Positions 46,132-48,060 of a stretch of DNA of 48,060 nt are shown here, one piece after another. Each line of letters begins with the position of its first letter. The first letter of the stretch is position 1. The notes beneath the pieces were generated by a model. That model made no database searches. It saw only the letters and a list, made by a program, of their open reading frames with translations, and had not been told where the DNA came from. A program made the position numbers and the translations under genes. Source of the stretch: Veleropilina oligotropha. Its lineage: Eukaryota. The DNA is taken from positions 558,001 through 606,060 of the forward strand of contig JBEUKZ010000093.1 of assembly GCA_048128005.1 (NCBI GenBank). The letters run 5' to 3'.

Positions 46132-46860
46132 CATCAGAATACTCACCATTATATAAAGCAGTTTGGCCAACGCCTCCAATCACGGCTAAACTTATGCCAA
46201 ACCGGCCCAAATTCCTGAACAATCGCTGCATTTCGTGTTTTGGTTATCGCGCATGTTCACTAACGGAAGAAACAAATGCGCATGTACTACGATCATATCT
46301 CTCACGAATGTAACCAACAACATCATGAAATATGATTAAACAGGGAATCATGCTTTAATACTGTATATCATAGACCTAAATTTATACATATTTAGGTCTA
46401 TGTGTGTATACAGTATATATTATAGGCGACTCCCGCTCGGCAATGTCATGTTATATGCGCTTTTTAATAATTAAAATTCAGAAAGTAGAAAAAGGCACAA
46501 GTACTAGTTCAAGTACCTAATAAATGTTAATGTGTGTCTACGGTCTACCAAGTGTCGTGATGCTAGCCTACTTGTTTGGTACGGAAGCGTATTTCTAACA
46601 TCAGTAACATCTAAACTAAATGGACAATTTGTTGTTTCAATTAGCTAAATTGTTATAAAGCTAAATTGCTATAAAATTGTAATTGCAATTTACCTAAATT
46701 GTTAACTAATTTCCGTATGCGCCGCTCCGGTAGGCGAGTGGACAAGGGTGCCAGTGGATAAGGGTGCGAGCTCAAACAGGAGTGCGTTAATTGGAACCTC
46801 GTTTGAGGCCCTTTGTGCTGAATCTGAAATAATATGACGAAGTAACCACTGTTGGCTTTT

Positions 46861-48033
46861 ACTCGTCGGGGATGCAGTTATTGCATGTTGGATGATAACT
46901 CGTCGGGGGGGGGGGGGGGAGTGGCATGCAGTTATTAAATGTTGGATGATAACTCGTCGGGGGGGAGTGGCATGCAGTTATTAAATGTTGGATGATAACT
47001 CGTCGGGGGGGAGTGGCATGCAGTTATTAAATGTGGGATGATAACTCGTCGGGGGGGGGGGGGGGAGTGGCATGCAGTTATTAAATGTTGGATGATAACT
47101 CGTCGGGGGGGGGGGGGGAGTGGCATGCAGTTATTAAATGTTGGATGATAACTCGTCGGGGGGGGGGGAGTGGCATGCAGTTATTAAATGTTGGATGATA
47201 ACTCGTCGGGGGGGGGGGGGGGGAGTGGCATGCAGTTATTAAATGTTGGATGATAACTCGTCGGGGGGGGGAGTGGCATGCAGTTATTAAATGTTGGATG
47301 ATAACTCGTCGGGGGGGAGTGGCATGCAGTTATTAAATGTTGGATGATAACTCGTCGGGGGGGAGTGGCATGCAGTTATTAAATGTTGGATGATAACTCG
47401 TCGGGGGGAGTGGCATGCAGTTATTAAATGTTGGATGATAACTCATCGGGGGGGAGTGGCATGCAGTTATTAAATGTTGGATGATAACTCGTCGGGGGGA
47501 GTGGCATGCAGTTATTAAATGTTGGATGATAACTCGTCGGGGGGGGGGGGGTGGAGTGGCATGCAGTTATTAAATGTTGGATGAAAACGCGTCGTGGGGG
47601 GGGGGAGTGGCATGCAGTTATTAAATGTTGGATGATAACTCTTCGGGGGGGGGAGTGGCATGCAGTTATTAAATGTTGGATGATAACTCGTCGGGGGAGG
47701 GGAGTGGCATGCAGTTATTAAATGTTGGATGATAACTCGTCGGAGGGGGGGGAGTGGCATGCAGTTATTAAATGTTGGATGATAACTCGTCGGGGGGGGG
47801 GGGGGGAGTGGCATGCAGTTATTAAATGTTGGATGATAACTCGTCGGGGGGGGGGGGTGGCATGCAGTTATTAAATGTTGGATGATAACTCGTCGGGGGG
47901 GGGGGGAGTGGCATGCAGTTATTAATTGTTGGATGATAACTCATCGGGGGGGGGGCATGCAGTTATTAAATGTTGGATGATAACTCGTCGGGGGGGGGGG
48001 GGGGGCATGCAGTTATTAAATGTTGGATGATAA
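46861..48033. repeat. Minisatellite, about 24 copies of AGTGGCATGCAGTTATTAAATGTTGGATGATAACTCGTC plus a variable poly-G tract
   Basis: Directly visible. Confidence 0.97.
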
Positions 48034-48060
48034 CGCAGTTTTGAAACACTCAATAGATCT

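Noticed and set aside
46935..47814. Repetitive MPLPPP ORFs
   Set aside because: Translations of the minisatellite.
46861..48033. CRISPR array
   Set aside because: Repeats are separated only by poly-G, with no unique spacers and no cas genes; the context is eukaryotic.

Overview
AT-rich eukaryotic (probably marine invertebrate, mollusc-like) DNA made almost entirely of nested mobile elements. (1) Three copies of one DIRS1-type tyrosine-recombinase retrotransposon family, all on the minus strand, with ITRs, an internal complementary region (ICR), gag, RT-RNaseH-methyltransferase and YR. Copy 1 is 4108-11450. Copy 2 is 21935-30567 and is the best preserved. Copy 3 is 33671-43897, 5'-truncated, with a 3.5-kb internal tandem duplication. 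(2) A GC-richer, intronless, very compact virus-like gene block (about 16.4-32.4 kb) that I interpret as a Polinton/Maverick-like endogenous virus fragment. It becomes readable once the insertions are removed: a penton-like minor capsid gene split by a DNA transposon, a ~433-aa C-terminally anchored membrane protein split in frame by DIRS copy 2, two coiled-coil/hydrophobic membrane-active-looking proteins and two small orphans, with stop/start overlaps and divergent ATGs 4 bp apart. No major capsid, polB, ATPase or integrase is visible here. (3) Three non-autonomous CAGGG-ended DNA transposons with 5-6 bp TSDs, a TA-flanked element carrying a HIRAN domain, LINE fragments, HINE-like elements, microsatellites and a poly-G minisatellite. 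A possible short spliced gene lies at 1505-2217 (minus). Family assignments are by-eye motif recognition, not database searches.
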